From the human T2T-CHM13v2.0 reference genome, Homo sapiens, in assembly GCF_009914755.1 (NCBI RefSeq), contig NC_060944.1: a stretch of 64,000 bases of DNA; one strand, 5' to 3'. The stretch's first letter is position 1. Every line of letters starts with the position of its first letter. Under the pieces are notes generated by a model. It saw only the letters and a program-made list of their open reading frames with translations, was not told the origin of the DNA and ran no database searches. Below, piece after piece: positions 1 through 12,650 of the stretch. The translations under genes were made by a program, and so were the position numbers.

Positions 1-1274
1 GTCTCTCTCATAGCTTCCATTATGTTATTTCCTGGAAGTCAGCGTAATTTGCAAATACATAATCCTTTTTGTGTGTATCAGTATACTGCCTCTTTTTCCT
101 TCTTGACAATGAGATGCATGATGTCTTGTTCACTCTAGTATGCTCATAGCCTAGGATAGTGTTGGCACTTAGGAAGTAATCAATTTTCTTCACAAGTAAT
201 GGCCTATAAAGGCTCATAAACGTAATTTCACTTTCTAGTTAAATACAAGGCTATTATCATGAAAATACTATTGGTCATTCAGTGAAGAATGGTGGAATAA
301 ATTTGCATAAAATCTAACACCTACAATAGAAATCAATTTTTAATGCAACTAGACATTCATTTGCTTTCCTGAAATTTGACTCACAGAAGCATAATAAATA
401 AAGGACAGGTGAATAAGCCTCTGGACCATGGAGCAGAGCAATAATAATCATCCACATTTGTAAAGGTCTTGGCACTTTGAAATGCCTTCACAATGCACTT
501 TATTCCATTAATCCCTCCCAGTGACATTATTATGTCATCAAATACGTTATTCAGGATTGCACAAACAACACGTGGCGGGAAGAAAACACGGTTTTTCTTT
601 TCTATGTCCAGTGTTCTTACTCAGACCTTCCCACCTTCCCCTTTCTAAATACAAATTCTGAAGCAGCATTCTCTGAAGGACGGTCTTTCCTTTGACAATG
701 GAATTGTTTTTATGTTACCATCAGTCATTTTGCCTTGTCTGTAGTATTTAAAACATTCTCATTTCAACAATAGTAACTTTGATCTCTTAGTCAGGTATTT
801 GATAAAGAACAAATAAATTATTCAAACAACATCATGTTTAGTGGTGAGCAAAATCCTTTCAGGAGATTTAGCCAATATCTGGAAGAAGCTTCACTGAAGA
901 GGAATTGGAGTGGAGCCTTGATGTCACACTAGAAAGCTTAGATGAGGGAGCAGCTGAGTTTCTAAATCTGCTTCATGATACTTTCACTGAGGAGCTTTGG
1001 CACTCATGCACACTCTTAGGAAACTACCACAGTAGATAGTTACAGTGTGTTTATATTTTAGGACATTGATTTACTCACTCATTGATGCATTTCATAAAGA
1101 GCTGTATAAAAAGGATTTTATTTCTTAAGAGATTCAAACTCTTTGAATCTACCTTTGCACTTATTATCACCCTGTATATGAGATTGTGTTCAATAACTAC
1201 AGTTTTGCTGCTGCATTTCCTGGTTGATTTTGGACTTGGGCTACAACAACTCGTTGTAATAAACTTTGAAATTC

Positions 1275-1660
1275 TGTCTTAGGCCACATTTCCTAGAAGT
1301 AGAATCTGAGATGGGAATTTGAGTATAAATGATTTCTTGTGGGGAGGGCTCTTGAGAAATGGAGTGATGGGAGCAAATGGAACAGAGGGTGGAACTCAGC
1401 AAGGATGTGTGCTCAGCAGGAAAGCTTCAGCTGATGCCAGAGAAAGCCCAGGAGAACTCACTGTACCATAAAGACAGTCCCACCTGAGGCAAGGGGGCTG
1501 GCCTTTTGCACATCCTTGCAAGTCACTCTTTGGCTACTGGTTACTGGGGGGAGAAGAGGACAGCTGTGAGCCATCAACAGCCAACAATCTCAGCATTTGG
1601 GGGGCATGGATGCACAGCCCAGTACAGGGAACTGGACTTCAACATCAACAAAACCTGTTA
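1275..1660 (-). mobile_element. ERVL LTR (LTR16-like)
   Basis: tgtcttaggccacatttcctagaagtagaatctgagatgggaatttgag... typical LTR16-family reverse terminus. Confidence 0.55.
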
Positions 1661-2192
1661 CTCTGTCCACGTAAGTGCAGGCATTCATCCTTAAAAATGT
1701 GAGAAATCCACTTACTTCTCTAAAACATCAACCATCACCTTCAGAATGACATAGCACTATAATTATAAATCTAATAAGTATAAGCTAAGTTTAGGATAAG
1801 CATCTTCACCCATGTTTGAGTGACAGTAAGTCACGTATGTGTCAATGCATTCTTACACAAATTGCCCCATATATTTTTAAACGTTCAAGTTGGCGTATCT
1901 CTCCTCCCATTTCATTCAGGTATCACATAGTTTTTGTAGTACACTGAAGCAGATTATTATACAGGGATAAGCATTTGGGAGTTCCAAAGAAACGTGAGAG
2001 CATATGCAATTGTAGGAAGCTGAGGAGGAAAATGGCCCAAATTAAGACCATCCAGTTATCCCCAGTCATGAGAGCACAGAGTTTATTTGAGATAAAATGA
2101 GAGATTCGATTAGGAAATGAAGGCAGAGACTCGATCATGACAGGCCTTGAGTAATATAAAAATACATTTACTATTATCTTAAGAAAAATAAG

Positions 2193-2635
2193 TGCTAGGT
2201 TCCTTGGCTAACCTTACAAATTACCATAAACTAGGTGGCTTGAAACAACAATAATTTATTCTCTTATAGTACTGGGGATTAGAAGTTTGCAATCAAGGTA
2301 TCAGCAGGGCTGCACTCCCTCCAGAGACTCTAAGAGAGAATCCCTCCCTTGCCTCTTCCAACTTCTGATGACTGTGGGCAATCCCTGGCTGTGACTGCAT
2401 CCCTCTCAGCTCTGTCTTCACATTGCCTTCACTGGGAATCTGTCTCTCCCTGTCTCTCTCTTATAAAGATAGTTGTGATGGTATTTACGATCCACCCCAA
2501 TAACCTAAGATAATCTTCTCATCTCAAAATGCTTAACTTAATGACGTCTGCAAAGACCCTTTTTCCAAGGGTCCCATGCACGGATTTCAGGATGGGGATG
2601 TAGATATATCTTTGGGAGCCATTATCGGCCTACCA
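2193..2635 (-). mobile_element. MLT1 (B/C/D-like) LTR, inserted in an L2 remnant
   Basis: acaaattaccataaactaggtggcttgaaacaacaataatttattctc...aatcaaggtatcagcaggg...ctgcaaagaccctttttcc...attatcggcctacca. Confidence 0.8.
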
Positions 2636-2639
2636 TGGT

Positions 2640-3050
2640 GGAAAATGTATAAAATTATTTAAATCAAAGGCTCAGTATGATCAAATTTATGTTTTAGAGA
2701 AAAAAATACTCCACAAGCATTATAGAATATGAATTAGATGGAGTTAATACTAAGGTGAGGAAACCTTACAGGAGGTCTGGTCAATCGTTCAGATGATTAG
2801 TGGTGAGAAATTGTATGAAGACATAGGTCTTGAAGAAGGAGAAATGTGGCCAAGATATAATTGGCAGCATGAAGGGACAGGTTACTATATGGGTGAGAGA
2901 GATCTAGGAGCCAACGATGATTCCCAGGCTTCTAGACTGTGCAACTGCAGGACGATCTTTTGTTCACTGAGGCTGGTCATATACGGAGGAGGAGCAGACC
3001 TGGCGAAAAAGGATTATAGCTTCCATTTTGGCCAAGGTGCAGGAAGTATG
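2640..3050 (-). mobile_element. L2 fragment
   Basis: gatgattcccaggcttctagactgtgcaactg...ttcactgagg matches the L2 core in reverse. Confidence 0.55.
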
Positions 3051-3849
3051 CAGTAGAAGAGGGAGACAAACCAGTGTGGTCATAACTGATCTGTCCAGAA
3101 GATGGCTCTCACACATTTTCTTTGTTTCCAGTTTCCAAGTTAGTTGGAAAAATAATTGCTAATTTACAATGAACCAACACATTGACACATGACTGAAATG
3201 TTTCTCTATAGAGTGATAAATACATGTCCTAAAATGTAGAAATTATTTCCTATTTTTCCTCCCTAGGGTTTCAGGACATTGCATCTGGGTGCCAAAATTC
3301 TACATTAAACAATCAGAGAGGGAGTCATATTGTACACGTAGTGCACATCTGTATTGATCCTTGGCAGCCTACTTACGATTTTTGGATGGTTGAATTGCGG
3401 TGTGACTGTAAGATAAGCAAGTGGAGATGTCTAAGACACACCCAAGTGTTTGGTACCTGCCAATGTCATCTAAAGACATTTTTAAACAATGCACATTCCA
3501 TTATAGGAACTCAAAAGACACTAGAACCCCTGATACATATTTTGAAGAGTTTAAGGAGATAAAACAAAACAAAACAATACAAAAAGTACCTTCTGTTCCC
3601 CTCCATAATTTCAACTGAGGAAAAAGGCGTAGGGATCAATTGGATAAAAATCAAAATATTGCTTCTATTACCAATAAAGCTGGATTTGATAACATAATTT
3701 ATATGTGAATTAACAGACTTTCTAATAATTCTCTGAAGTATACTCCTTGGGACAACCCAAAAACCAAAAGAGAGTTTGGGTCTTGAAGAGAACACACTGG
3801 AATCTCCTTGGAACATGAGTGACATGTGTTCCCCTCCCAGCTTTCATGT

Positions 3850-4210
3850 GTTTTGCTTGGAACTCCCAGCACATGTGGCTCTTCTGTAGGGAAGTTCCCT
3901 GGGTTGCTGGGACACTTTGCCTGGTCATACAGAGGCAGAAGTACCCGAAGCAACGTTTGATCAATGACAGAGAGGGAAGAAATAAAAGCCCAGCTTCCTC
4001 AGATCCAGAACAACTTTGAGATGGAACTCACAGTCCCTAGTACCCCTGTGGCCACTTCCTTGCTTGGGACTCTACTCTTGCTTGACTTCCTTCTATGTCT
4101 GTCCTGCTTCTCCTCCTCTCTTCCTGTCTCCCCTAGGTGCCTTACCTATGTAACTTGTGTGTGTACGCCTTCCTATCTTAGGGTTTACTTCTGAGGAACC
4201 CAACCCAACT
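3850..4210 (+). mobile_element. LTR16-like ERVL LTR fragment
   Basis: Ends cttagggtttacttctgaggaacccaacc. Confidence 0.45.
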
Positions 4211-4921
4211 CTGAGCTGTAGAATGGATGCAGTTCCTCAGAGTGTTGCTTCAACTTTGGCACCTATAGACAGCTCCACTTTTTCATGCTAGGCCTTTCAA
4301 TTCCAAAGCCTTCCAGATGTCATTTCTAAACTGGCAAGATTTCCACCCTTTCAAGCTGTGTGCATTCTCTTTTGGAAATCATGAAAACATCACAGATGGC
4401 CTTATGATATAAATAATTAGTGAAGAAGACAATTATTGCTCATCTGTGATGAATCAAGCTTCTTTTTATTTAGTCAGCAACAAGCTGGACATAGTCATTA
4501 CATAGCCCTAGGGTCTACGCAGCCACACAGATTATAAGTTTGTCCTGTATTTTTGCCTCATGGGGTCATGTGCTAAATATTTATATGAAATGTCACTATC
4601 ATATACTCTCAGACTATCAATTTCTATGTTAATATTTTTCTTGGCAATTGCTCTGCAGGCAAAACTACAGCCTATATGTGTAATAGCTTCACATGTCAGT
4701 ACTTTTCTTAATGTCTCATAAAAAGAAATTGTTCCTCTGACAATTTAACTAAGATACCCAAAAGAGCCAAACAAGTCTTTCAACATCCTCTTTAATGACT
4801 TCTTGTTGTTTTTATTCAGTTTTATGAAAACATCTAATTTCATCACTCTCTCTGAGTTTTATTGATTTAAGCTGGCATGATTACCCTTTATAACTCAATA
4901 AGTTGGCTTCAGAAGTACACA

Positions 4922-5267
4922 CAGTCATATGTCACTTAACAACAAGAATACATTCTGCAAAATATATAGTTAGGCAGTTTCATCATTGTGTGAACATCAT
5001 AAAATGTACTTACATAAACCTGGATGTATAACCTATGACACACCTAGGCTATATGGTAGAGTATATTGCTCTTAGGCTACAAACCTGTGCAACATGTTAC
5101 GTACTGAATACTGTAGGCAATTGTAACATAATGGTAAGCATTTGTGTATCTAAACATATCCAAATATAGAAAAGGTACAGTAAGAACACCGTATTATAAT
5201 CTTATGGGACCACTATCATATGTGTGGTCCATTGTTGACCTAAACTTCATTATGCAGTTCATGACTA
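4922..5267 (+). mobile_element. Tigger3a (MER7A/Golem-type) non-autonomous DNA transposon
   Basis: TIRs cagtcatatgtcacttaac ... attatgcagttcatgacta, TA 3' flank; internal ctaggctatatggta, ggctacaaacctgt. Confidence 0.88.
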
Positions 5268-5547
5268 TACATAAAGATTTTCTTAGGTAGGATGATCAAT
5301 AGAGAGCAAACTGGACTAGGAGTCAGAGAATCCAGCTATCTTTTTGTATCTGCTTTAAATTGTTTAACGACCAAGACAAAATTACCAAACTTTTAACTTT
5401 GTTTAATCAACTTTTGAGAAAATGATTTTTACATTATGATTTCCAACATCTACTTTAGTTCCAAAGTTTTCTGACTCTGGGAGCTTTAATCATACCTCAT
5501 TGGACCAAATACACATCTGCCTTTGAAAAAAGATTACTAATTAGCAT

Positions 5548-5712
5548 TTACATTAATCAAAGTGTGATCCTTGAATTAGCAATATCAACATCAGCTGGGC
5601 ATTTATTAGAAATACAAATTATAGGCCCCATCCTAGATCTACTGAATCAGAAACTCTAGGGATGGGGCTCAGCAATTTGTTACCTGTCAAAGTTTGAGAC
5701 CCATTGATTTAT
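5548..5712. mobile_element. MER5A (hAT-Charlie)
   Basis: tcaaagtgtgatcc...atcagctgggcatttattagaaatacaaat...tactgaatcagaaactctaggg...aaagtttgagaccc. Confidence 0.8.
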
Positions 5713-6192
5713 ACAAGTCAAAAACAATCGTCATGGTAACAGGAACTGAGTTTTACCGACAAGAGCCAGTAGTCCTCCAAATTACTCAATGTGGTTTGCC
5801 AATGGCCACCCAAGAGCTTTTGATTCAGTATATTTGGAACAGCTTCCAGGAATCTATGTTTTAAACAAACAATAGAGAAAATTTCAAGGACCAACTTTAG
5901 ACAGTGATTACCTAAAGACAGTGACTGAGTTGCTGGTCTGCCCTCCTGGCAGGTGTCACAGAGTGAGTACTCTAGACCTAATTAATGGAGGAAGGAAAAA
6001 AAGGATGGGGAGGAGATAAACAGAGCAAGAGACAGAGATGCATGTCATGTCAGTGTCATTTCCTCAAGGCTGGGAAGTCTAGAACAGTATCAGTGCTCCC
6101 ATTTGTTGCATGTGATTACTACAATATCAACTCTTACTGGAACAAACTACAAAGAGTCCTTGAGAACAAACGTCCTGAGTATTTTTTATGTT

Positions 6193-6518
6193 CAGTCAAT
6201 CCTTGGTATCCATGTTTTCTGCATCCCCAGATTCAACTAACTGTACATTGAGAATACTCTGGGAAAAAGAAAATAGAAAATAACAATACAACAATTAAAA
6301 AACAATACAAATAAAAAATACTGTATGACAACTATTTGCATAAGATTTACATTGTATTAGATTATTATAAGTAGCCTAGAGATTTAAAGTATACAAGAGG
6401 GTGTATATAGGTTACATGCAAACGTGATCTCATTTTATTTAAAAATATTGAGTATGCATAGGTTTTGATATCTGCAGGGTCCTGGAACAAATCCCCCACA
6501 GATACCATGAGATGTCTG
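6193..6518. mobile_element. MER2 (TcMar-Tigger)
   Basis: cagtcaatccttggtatccatg ... gtcctggaacaaatcccccacagataccatgagatgtctg. Confidence 0.85.
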
Positions 6519-6886
6519 TATTTTTGCTTAAGTGACAAGATGAAACAAGGCAACACTATAACATCCTACTCACTATGGAGCAAAGGATAGGCTATATTGG
6601 GTATATAAACAAGATAAGGGTCAACGAAAAAAAGTGTATAAGCCTCTATTCTCCCTCATCTCACAGAAAGGGACACTATTCCTGAGAATAGCTACTGCAC
6701 ATGCAGTAGGTTTGCATTTTAAGAGAGGAACACTGTTCACCTCATTTCTGCTACTCTATCTTCTTATAGTACAAGTGTGAAAGTGCACATATAATTGAGA
6801 AGAAAAAAATTGGAATTTACTCAAGAAAGTATATGAATTTACAGAATGTGATAGTTTTCAAATATGTTCACTAATTGTCATTCCAC

Positions 6887-7326
6887 TTTTTTTCCTTCAA
6901 CTTTTATTTTAACTCAGGGGTACGTGTGCAGGATGTGCAGGTTTTTTACATAGGTAAACGTGAGCCATGGTGGTTTGTAACACAGTTCATCCTCATCCTG
7001 TTAGCCGGGTATTAAGCCCAGCCTCTATTAGCTATTCTTCCTGCTGTTCTCCCTCCCCCCACCTCCCAACAGGCCCTAGTGAGTGTTGTTCCCCCTCATG
7101 TGTCCATGTGTTCTCATAATTCAGCTCCCACTTATAAGTGAGAACACACAGTATTTCTGCATCAGTCTGCTGCAGATAACTCCATCCATGTCCCTGCAAA
7201 GGACATAATCTCATTCCTTTTTATGGCTGCATAGTGTTCCATGGTGTATATGTACTACATTTTCTTTATTCAGCCTATCATCAATGGGCATTTAGGTTGA
7301 TTCCAAGTCTTTCCTACTGTGGCTAT
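6887..7326 (-). mobile_element. L1PA (older, PA11-14-like) 3' end
   Basis: ttcaacttttattttaactcaggggtacgtgtgcaggatgtgcagg...gctcccacttataagtgagaac...ccatgtccctgcaaaggacat. Confidence 0.9.
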
Positions 7327-7336
7327 ATCACTCCCC

Positions 7337-7623
7337 TTTTTTTTTCTTTTTTTTTTTGAGACGGAGTCTCACTCTGTCGCCCAGGCTGGAGAGCAGTGGC
7401 GATCTCGGCTCACTGCAAGCTCCGCCTCCTGGCTTCACACCATTCTCCTGCCTCAGCCTCCGGAGTAGTTGGGACTACAGATGCCCGCCACCACGCCTGG
7501 CTAATTTTTTGTATTTTTAGTAGAGACGGGGTTTCACTGTATTAGCCAGGATGGTCTCGATCTCCTGACCTCGTGATCCACCCAAAGTGCTGGGACTACA
7601 GGCGTGAGCCACTGTGCCTGGCC
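7337..7623 (-). mobile_element. AluY
   Basis: T-tail, gcaagctccgcc, cattctcctgcc, ttagccaggatggtctcgatc; TSD-like tcactcc(c/g)cttttt. Confidence 0.95.
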
Positions 7624-8674
7624 GTCACTCCGCTTTTTAAAATGTGAAACTTAAGATCCCTCTTTTTTAATTTCCAGGCTTAGTGGCCCACTCCTATAAA
7701 ATAGAATGTGGTGGATGATTGCAGAAATTAGGTCACAGAAAGCATTTCCTTCTGTGAAATACTTCTGTGAAAGGCTTGATTGCTTCTGCAGAGATTTTTC
7801 ACCCATTTGGGGATGCCAGCTCCGATACTGTGGGAAAATGCAGGCAGTCTGTGGGAAGGTTCTTATGGAGAGGTACTGAGGCCACCTGCCAACAATCAGG
7901 CACAACCTGCCATCCATGTGAATCAGCCACTTTGGAAGTGGATCTTCCAGCTTCAGTCAGTCTTCAGATAACTAATAACAAGCCTTCAGATGAACTAATA
8001 TCTATGACTTCTAGGAAAGATGACCACTTGCCTCCGAAAACCTTTGCACAGTTGCAGCAAGTGGGAGGACTCCACAGGAAGCGCGAGAGGTTAGATGTGG
8101 GCAAGCTCTGCCGCTGGAGTACAGGCAGTGCCTGGTCCTGCCAAGCCATTGTCAGGCAGTCAGAAAGAGCTCCCAGGATCATTCTAAAAATCTTGCTTAT
8201 CACTTCACATATAGCAAGCTTCAGTCCCAAGGCAAACACTACCAAACCCTACTACTTTGCCTTGAAACCACCTGAACGTGGCATATGGTCTGAAAAGAAA
8301 AGAGAATAAATAGGAAATTTTAGGAATTTATACTGTGGCTGATTCTCTTGTCTCTTTAATTATAGAGGTATTTTATATATCATGTTTGAAGTTGTTTAAA
8401 GCAACAAGCTACAAATGGAAGTAAACAATCAAGCCTTAGTCACTCAAAGGCATCACTTGCATTGTTCACAGCAACTTCTTGGCAAGGACATGCCATGCTA
8501 GTGGCTCATCAGTGATGGGATAGAGCACAAGCCATCTGAGCATGGAAGATCCACAAGATAGGATGGGCATCCACGAATGTATCCAGAGCAGTGGAAAATT
8601 CTCTAGAAATCAGCAATGGTGACGCCTTTGATTGACAACAGCTGTTCAACAGCACAAAGCAAAAACGAAAACAA

Positions 8675-9810
8675 AAAACAAATAATCTGATCAAAAAATA
8701 GGCAGAAGATCTGAATAGGCATTCTCAAAAGAAGACAGACAAATGGCTAACAGATGTAGAAAAATATACTCAATATCACTAATCATCAGGGAAATGCCAG
8801 TCAAAACCACAGTGAGATATCCTTTCATCCCATTTAGAATGGCTATTATCAAAAAAACAAAAAATACCAAATATTGGTGAGTATATGAGATCTCCTCTTA
8901 TACACTGTTGAAAAAATAATCAGTATCACTAATCATCAGGGAAATGCAAATCAAAACCACATTGAGATATCATCTCATCCCAGTTAGAATGACTATTATC
9001 AAAAAGACAAAAAAAAAATACCAAATGATGGTGACTATGTGCAGAACTCCTCTTATACACTGTTGGTAGGAATGCAAACTAGTTCAGCCATTATTTAAAA
9101 CAGTATTGGAGGCTCCTCAGAAAAATTGCAAGTAAAACTATCGTATGATCCAATAATCTCACACTGGGTATCTATTCAAAGAAAATGAAATCAGTATGTC
9201 CAAAGAGATAACTGCATTTCCATGTTTATTGCAGCAGTGTTTACAATAGCCAGGATATGGAATCAATCAATAACAAATAAATTTTAAATTTCATATGTAT
9301 ACACAATGAAATATTATTCAATCATGAAAAGAATGAAATTCTGTCATTTGCAATAGCATGGGTGAACCTAGAAGACATTATGTTAAGTGAAATAAGCCAA
9401 ACACAGACAGAAAAATACTGCATGATCTCATTCATATGTTGAATCTAAAAAAGTTGATCATGTAAAAGTAGAGAGTAGAATAGTCCTTACTAGAAGCTGA
9501 GAACAGTACGGAGGAGAAGGAATGAAGAGACGTTGGTCAGTGGGTACAAAATTACAGTTAGGAGGAATAAGTTCTGGTGTTCTATTGCACAGCAGTGTGA
9601 CTGTAGTTAACCATAATGTATTGCATATTTCAAAATATCTAGAAGAGAGGATTTTGAATGTTCTCACTAAAAAGAAATGACAAGTATTTGAGATGATGGA
9701 AGTACTAATTTCCATGATTTAATTATTACATAATGTATGCATTATTGAAACTTCGTGATGTACCTTATAAATATGTACAGTTATGTATCAATTAAAAACA
9801 AAATAAAACA
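8675..9810 (+). mobile_element. L1MA (MA4-6-like) 3' portion with internal ~150-bp tandem duplication
   Basis: atcactaatcatcagggaaatg twice (~8775, ~8925); L1MA 3'UTR ttctattgcacagcagtgtgact...gaagagaggattttgaatgttc. Confidence 0.88.
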
Positions 9811-11563
9811 AAAATAAACAACTGTCATTTTGAACGTGGCAATGGGAGACTTCAACATAGCAATTCAGAAGATAAGATCAATAATCAATGCAATTTCAGC
9901 CATTGTGCTTCCCTGAGCCTTCAGAGTAGCTGAGCAAGTCCTGAGGAGGGTGGAGTCCTGAGCTGGTTGACTCTAGTGAGAACCAACCACTTTTATGTAC
10001 CCCAAACCACAGGTGTGTTTGGTATCTGTTAGGATAAGCTGGGTAACACTTTTCAATATTAACAGAGATTAAAACTTTATTGTTTATTTCTTGATTGTGA
10101 CATATTGGCTGAGCATTCTGGTCCACATCATTGGCTTTCACAGATGCAAGCTTATAAATCCTCCACCACCTTGCACATTGCTAATTGCTACAGCACAGGT
10201 TAGGAAACTTGACAAACCAGGCAATGGCTCTGAAAGCTTCAGCCTAGAAGTAGCATACTTTCAATGGCTAAAGTAAGGGACATGTGAGGCCTACCTTTAG
10301 GAGAACAGAGGATACAATACTTCAATGTGTGCAGAAGGAGAAAAACTAGAAATATTGACCAGCATGAATGATTACCATGCCTATAAATGTTGACATTTTC
10401 TATGTGATATAAAAAAAGCCTAGGAAGCTCTGGTCTGTATCCCTTGATAAGAATAAGCAACAATTTCCAAAATATACTAGTCATCAGATGGTACCGCCTG
10501 GGTGATGGGATATAATTTTAAAATGTTTTCAATGTGGGGTGGGCAAATAGAGATATATAAGAATAAGTACATATCTTGGCCTTTACTGATGTGGCCAAAT
10601 AAAAACAAAACTCATTGACTATCTACAATGACCACTTACATACTTCTTTGTATCTTTTTTATCACATTTAGGTAAAGTAAAACATATCAGCTTGTAGGCA
10701 ATAAGTAGTTTAGACATCATAGTTAGGGATAAAACACTTTTTCTTCCCTCCTCTGGTTTCCATGAAGGGGTATTTTCCCTGAACACACCTCAACCCTTGC
10801 CCAACTCCTCACTCAGGGAAATCAGGATGACTTATCAGAATCTGAGCTTGGAATGAAGACTGGTTGTGCATAGCTCAGCCACCTCCCTTCTCTTCTACCT
10901 TATAGCCAGATTGCCTGCATAAAATAACAGTCCAATATTCTTCTCCGGAATCTCCTGGAGATTTTACACTGATATATCTGCAATTGGGAAACTTGTGATG
11001 GTTGAGATGCCTATGGCTGAGTTTGAAATGTGATTTTGTGGTTCAATAATAGGATGTCCCCTTGTTTCTGGATATTTAGAACAATCTATTATTATCTGAA
11101 GTCCTCTTCATATTTGGATTCCTATTTTTTTCAATTTCTTAGACTATCTCTGAATGAGTTTCCAGCTAGGGTGAGCAATAGTAAGACTCTTATTTACTGG
11201 ATATCCTCAACAATTCCTCTCCCCACAAACACCAATACTGAATTCCAAGCAGCTCAGAACATTTCTGAAATCACTGTTATAAAGATATTTCATTGATTTT
11301 GATCAGTAATAAACCATTTATTGATCTACTATTTCCTACACATGAGGCAAGAAACAAAGTATAAGACATGAGCCCACCTCATAAAGAATTGGTAATATGG
11401 GATGTCTCTCCTTGTAAAAAAGCTGCAATTTCATCAACCAAAATGAAAGCATCACATTTTTTTATTTCCTGTAACTGATTCTTTTTGTTCTATAATTCAA
11501 ATTTTTGCCAGTGCAAACAGAGACTTCCCATTTGACAATAATGTATTTCCTTGATTAAACAGT

Positions 11564-12650
11564 CTTTACCCTTTTATTAATGGGGTTATTTGTTTTTTGC
11601 TTGGTGATTTAAGTACTTTATAGATTCTGGATAGTAGGCCTTTGTTGGATGTGTAGTTTGCAAATATTTTCTCCCATTCTGTAGGTTTTCTGTTTACTCT
11701 GTTAATAGCTTCTTTTGCAGTGTAAAAACTCTTTAGTTTAATTAGGACCCACTTGTCAATTTTTGTTTTTGTTGAAATTGCTACTGGAGACTTAGCCAAA
11801 AATCCTTTGCCAAGGCCAACACTGAGAAGAGTATTTTCTAGGTTTTCTTCTAGGATTTTTATTTGGCCAACAAACATATGAAAAAGTGCTCAGTATCACT
11901 AATCATCCAGAGAAATGAAAATCAAAACCACAATGAGATATCATCTCACAACAGTCAGAATAACTATTATTAAAAAGTTAAAAAAAATAACAGATGCTGG
12001 CGAGGCTGCAGAGAAAAAAGAACTATTATACACTGTTGCTGGGAATGTAAATTAGTTTAGCCTCTGTGGAAAGCAATTTGGAGATTTCTCAAATAACTTA
12101 AAACTGAACTCCCATTTGACCTAGAATGCCATTTCTTGGTATATAGCAAAACAAAAATAAATCATTCTATCAAAAAGACACAGGCACACATATGTTCATC
12201 ACCACACCGTTCACAACAGCAAAGACATGGAATCAACCTAGGAGCTCATCAACAGTGGACTGGATAAAGCGAATGTGGTACATATACACAATGGAATACT
12301 AGAATGAAATAATGCCCTTTGCAGCAGCATGTATGCAGCGGGGGCCCTTATCCTAAGCAAATTAATGCAGGAACCAAACACTGAATACTACGTTTTCACT
12401 TTTAAGTGGGAGCTAAACATTGAGCACATGTGGACATAAAGATGGGAATAACAGACACTGGGGACTACTAAAGGGAGGAGGAAGGGAGGTGGGCATGATT
12501 TGGAAAACTACCTATTGGGTACTATGCTTACTACTTAGGTGATCAGATCCCTACTCCAAACTTCAGCATTGTGCAATATACCCATGTAGCAAACCTGCAC
12601 ATTTACCCCCTAAATCTAAAATAAAAGTTGAAATTATTTTAAAAAATTTT
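11564..12650 (+). mobile_element. L1PA (PA15/16-like) with 5' inversion (inverted part 11564-11862)
   Basis: Minus-strand ORF2 piece (ORF 11566-11877 LEENLENTL...KIDKW.LIKLKSF...EWEKIFANY) abuts plus-strand ggccaacaaacatatgaaaaa...aaataaaagttgaaatt. Confidence 0.9.

Larger units (their letters stand above)
6848..7995 (+). mobile_element. MLT1F-like LTR interrupted by an L1 and an AluY
   Basis: Start tgtgatagttttcaaatatgttcac; resumes ~7640 with aatagaatgtgg...tactgaggccacctgccaac...ggaagtggatcttccagc. Confidence 0.6.

Noticed and set aside
7767-8309. 180-aa plus-strand ORF
   Set aside because: Non-ATG start, first half within an MLT1 LTR, no recognisable domain.
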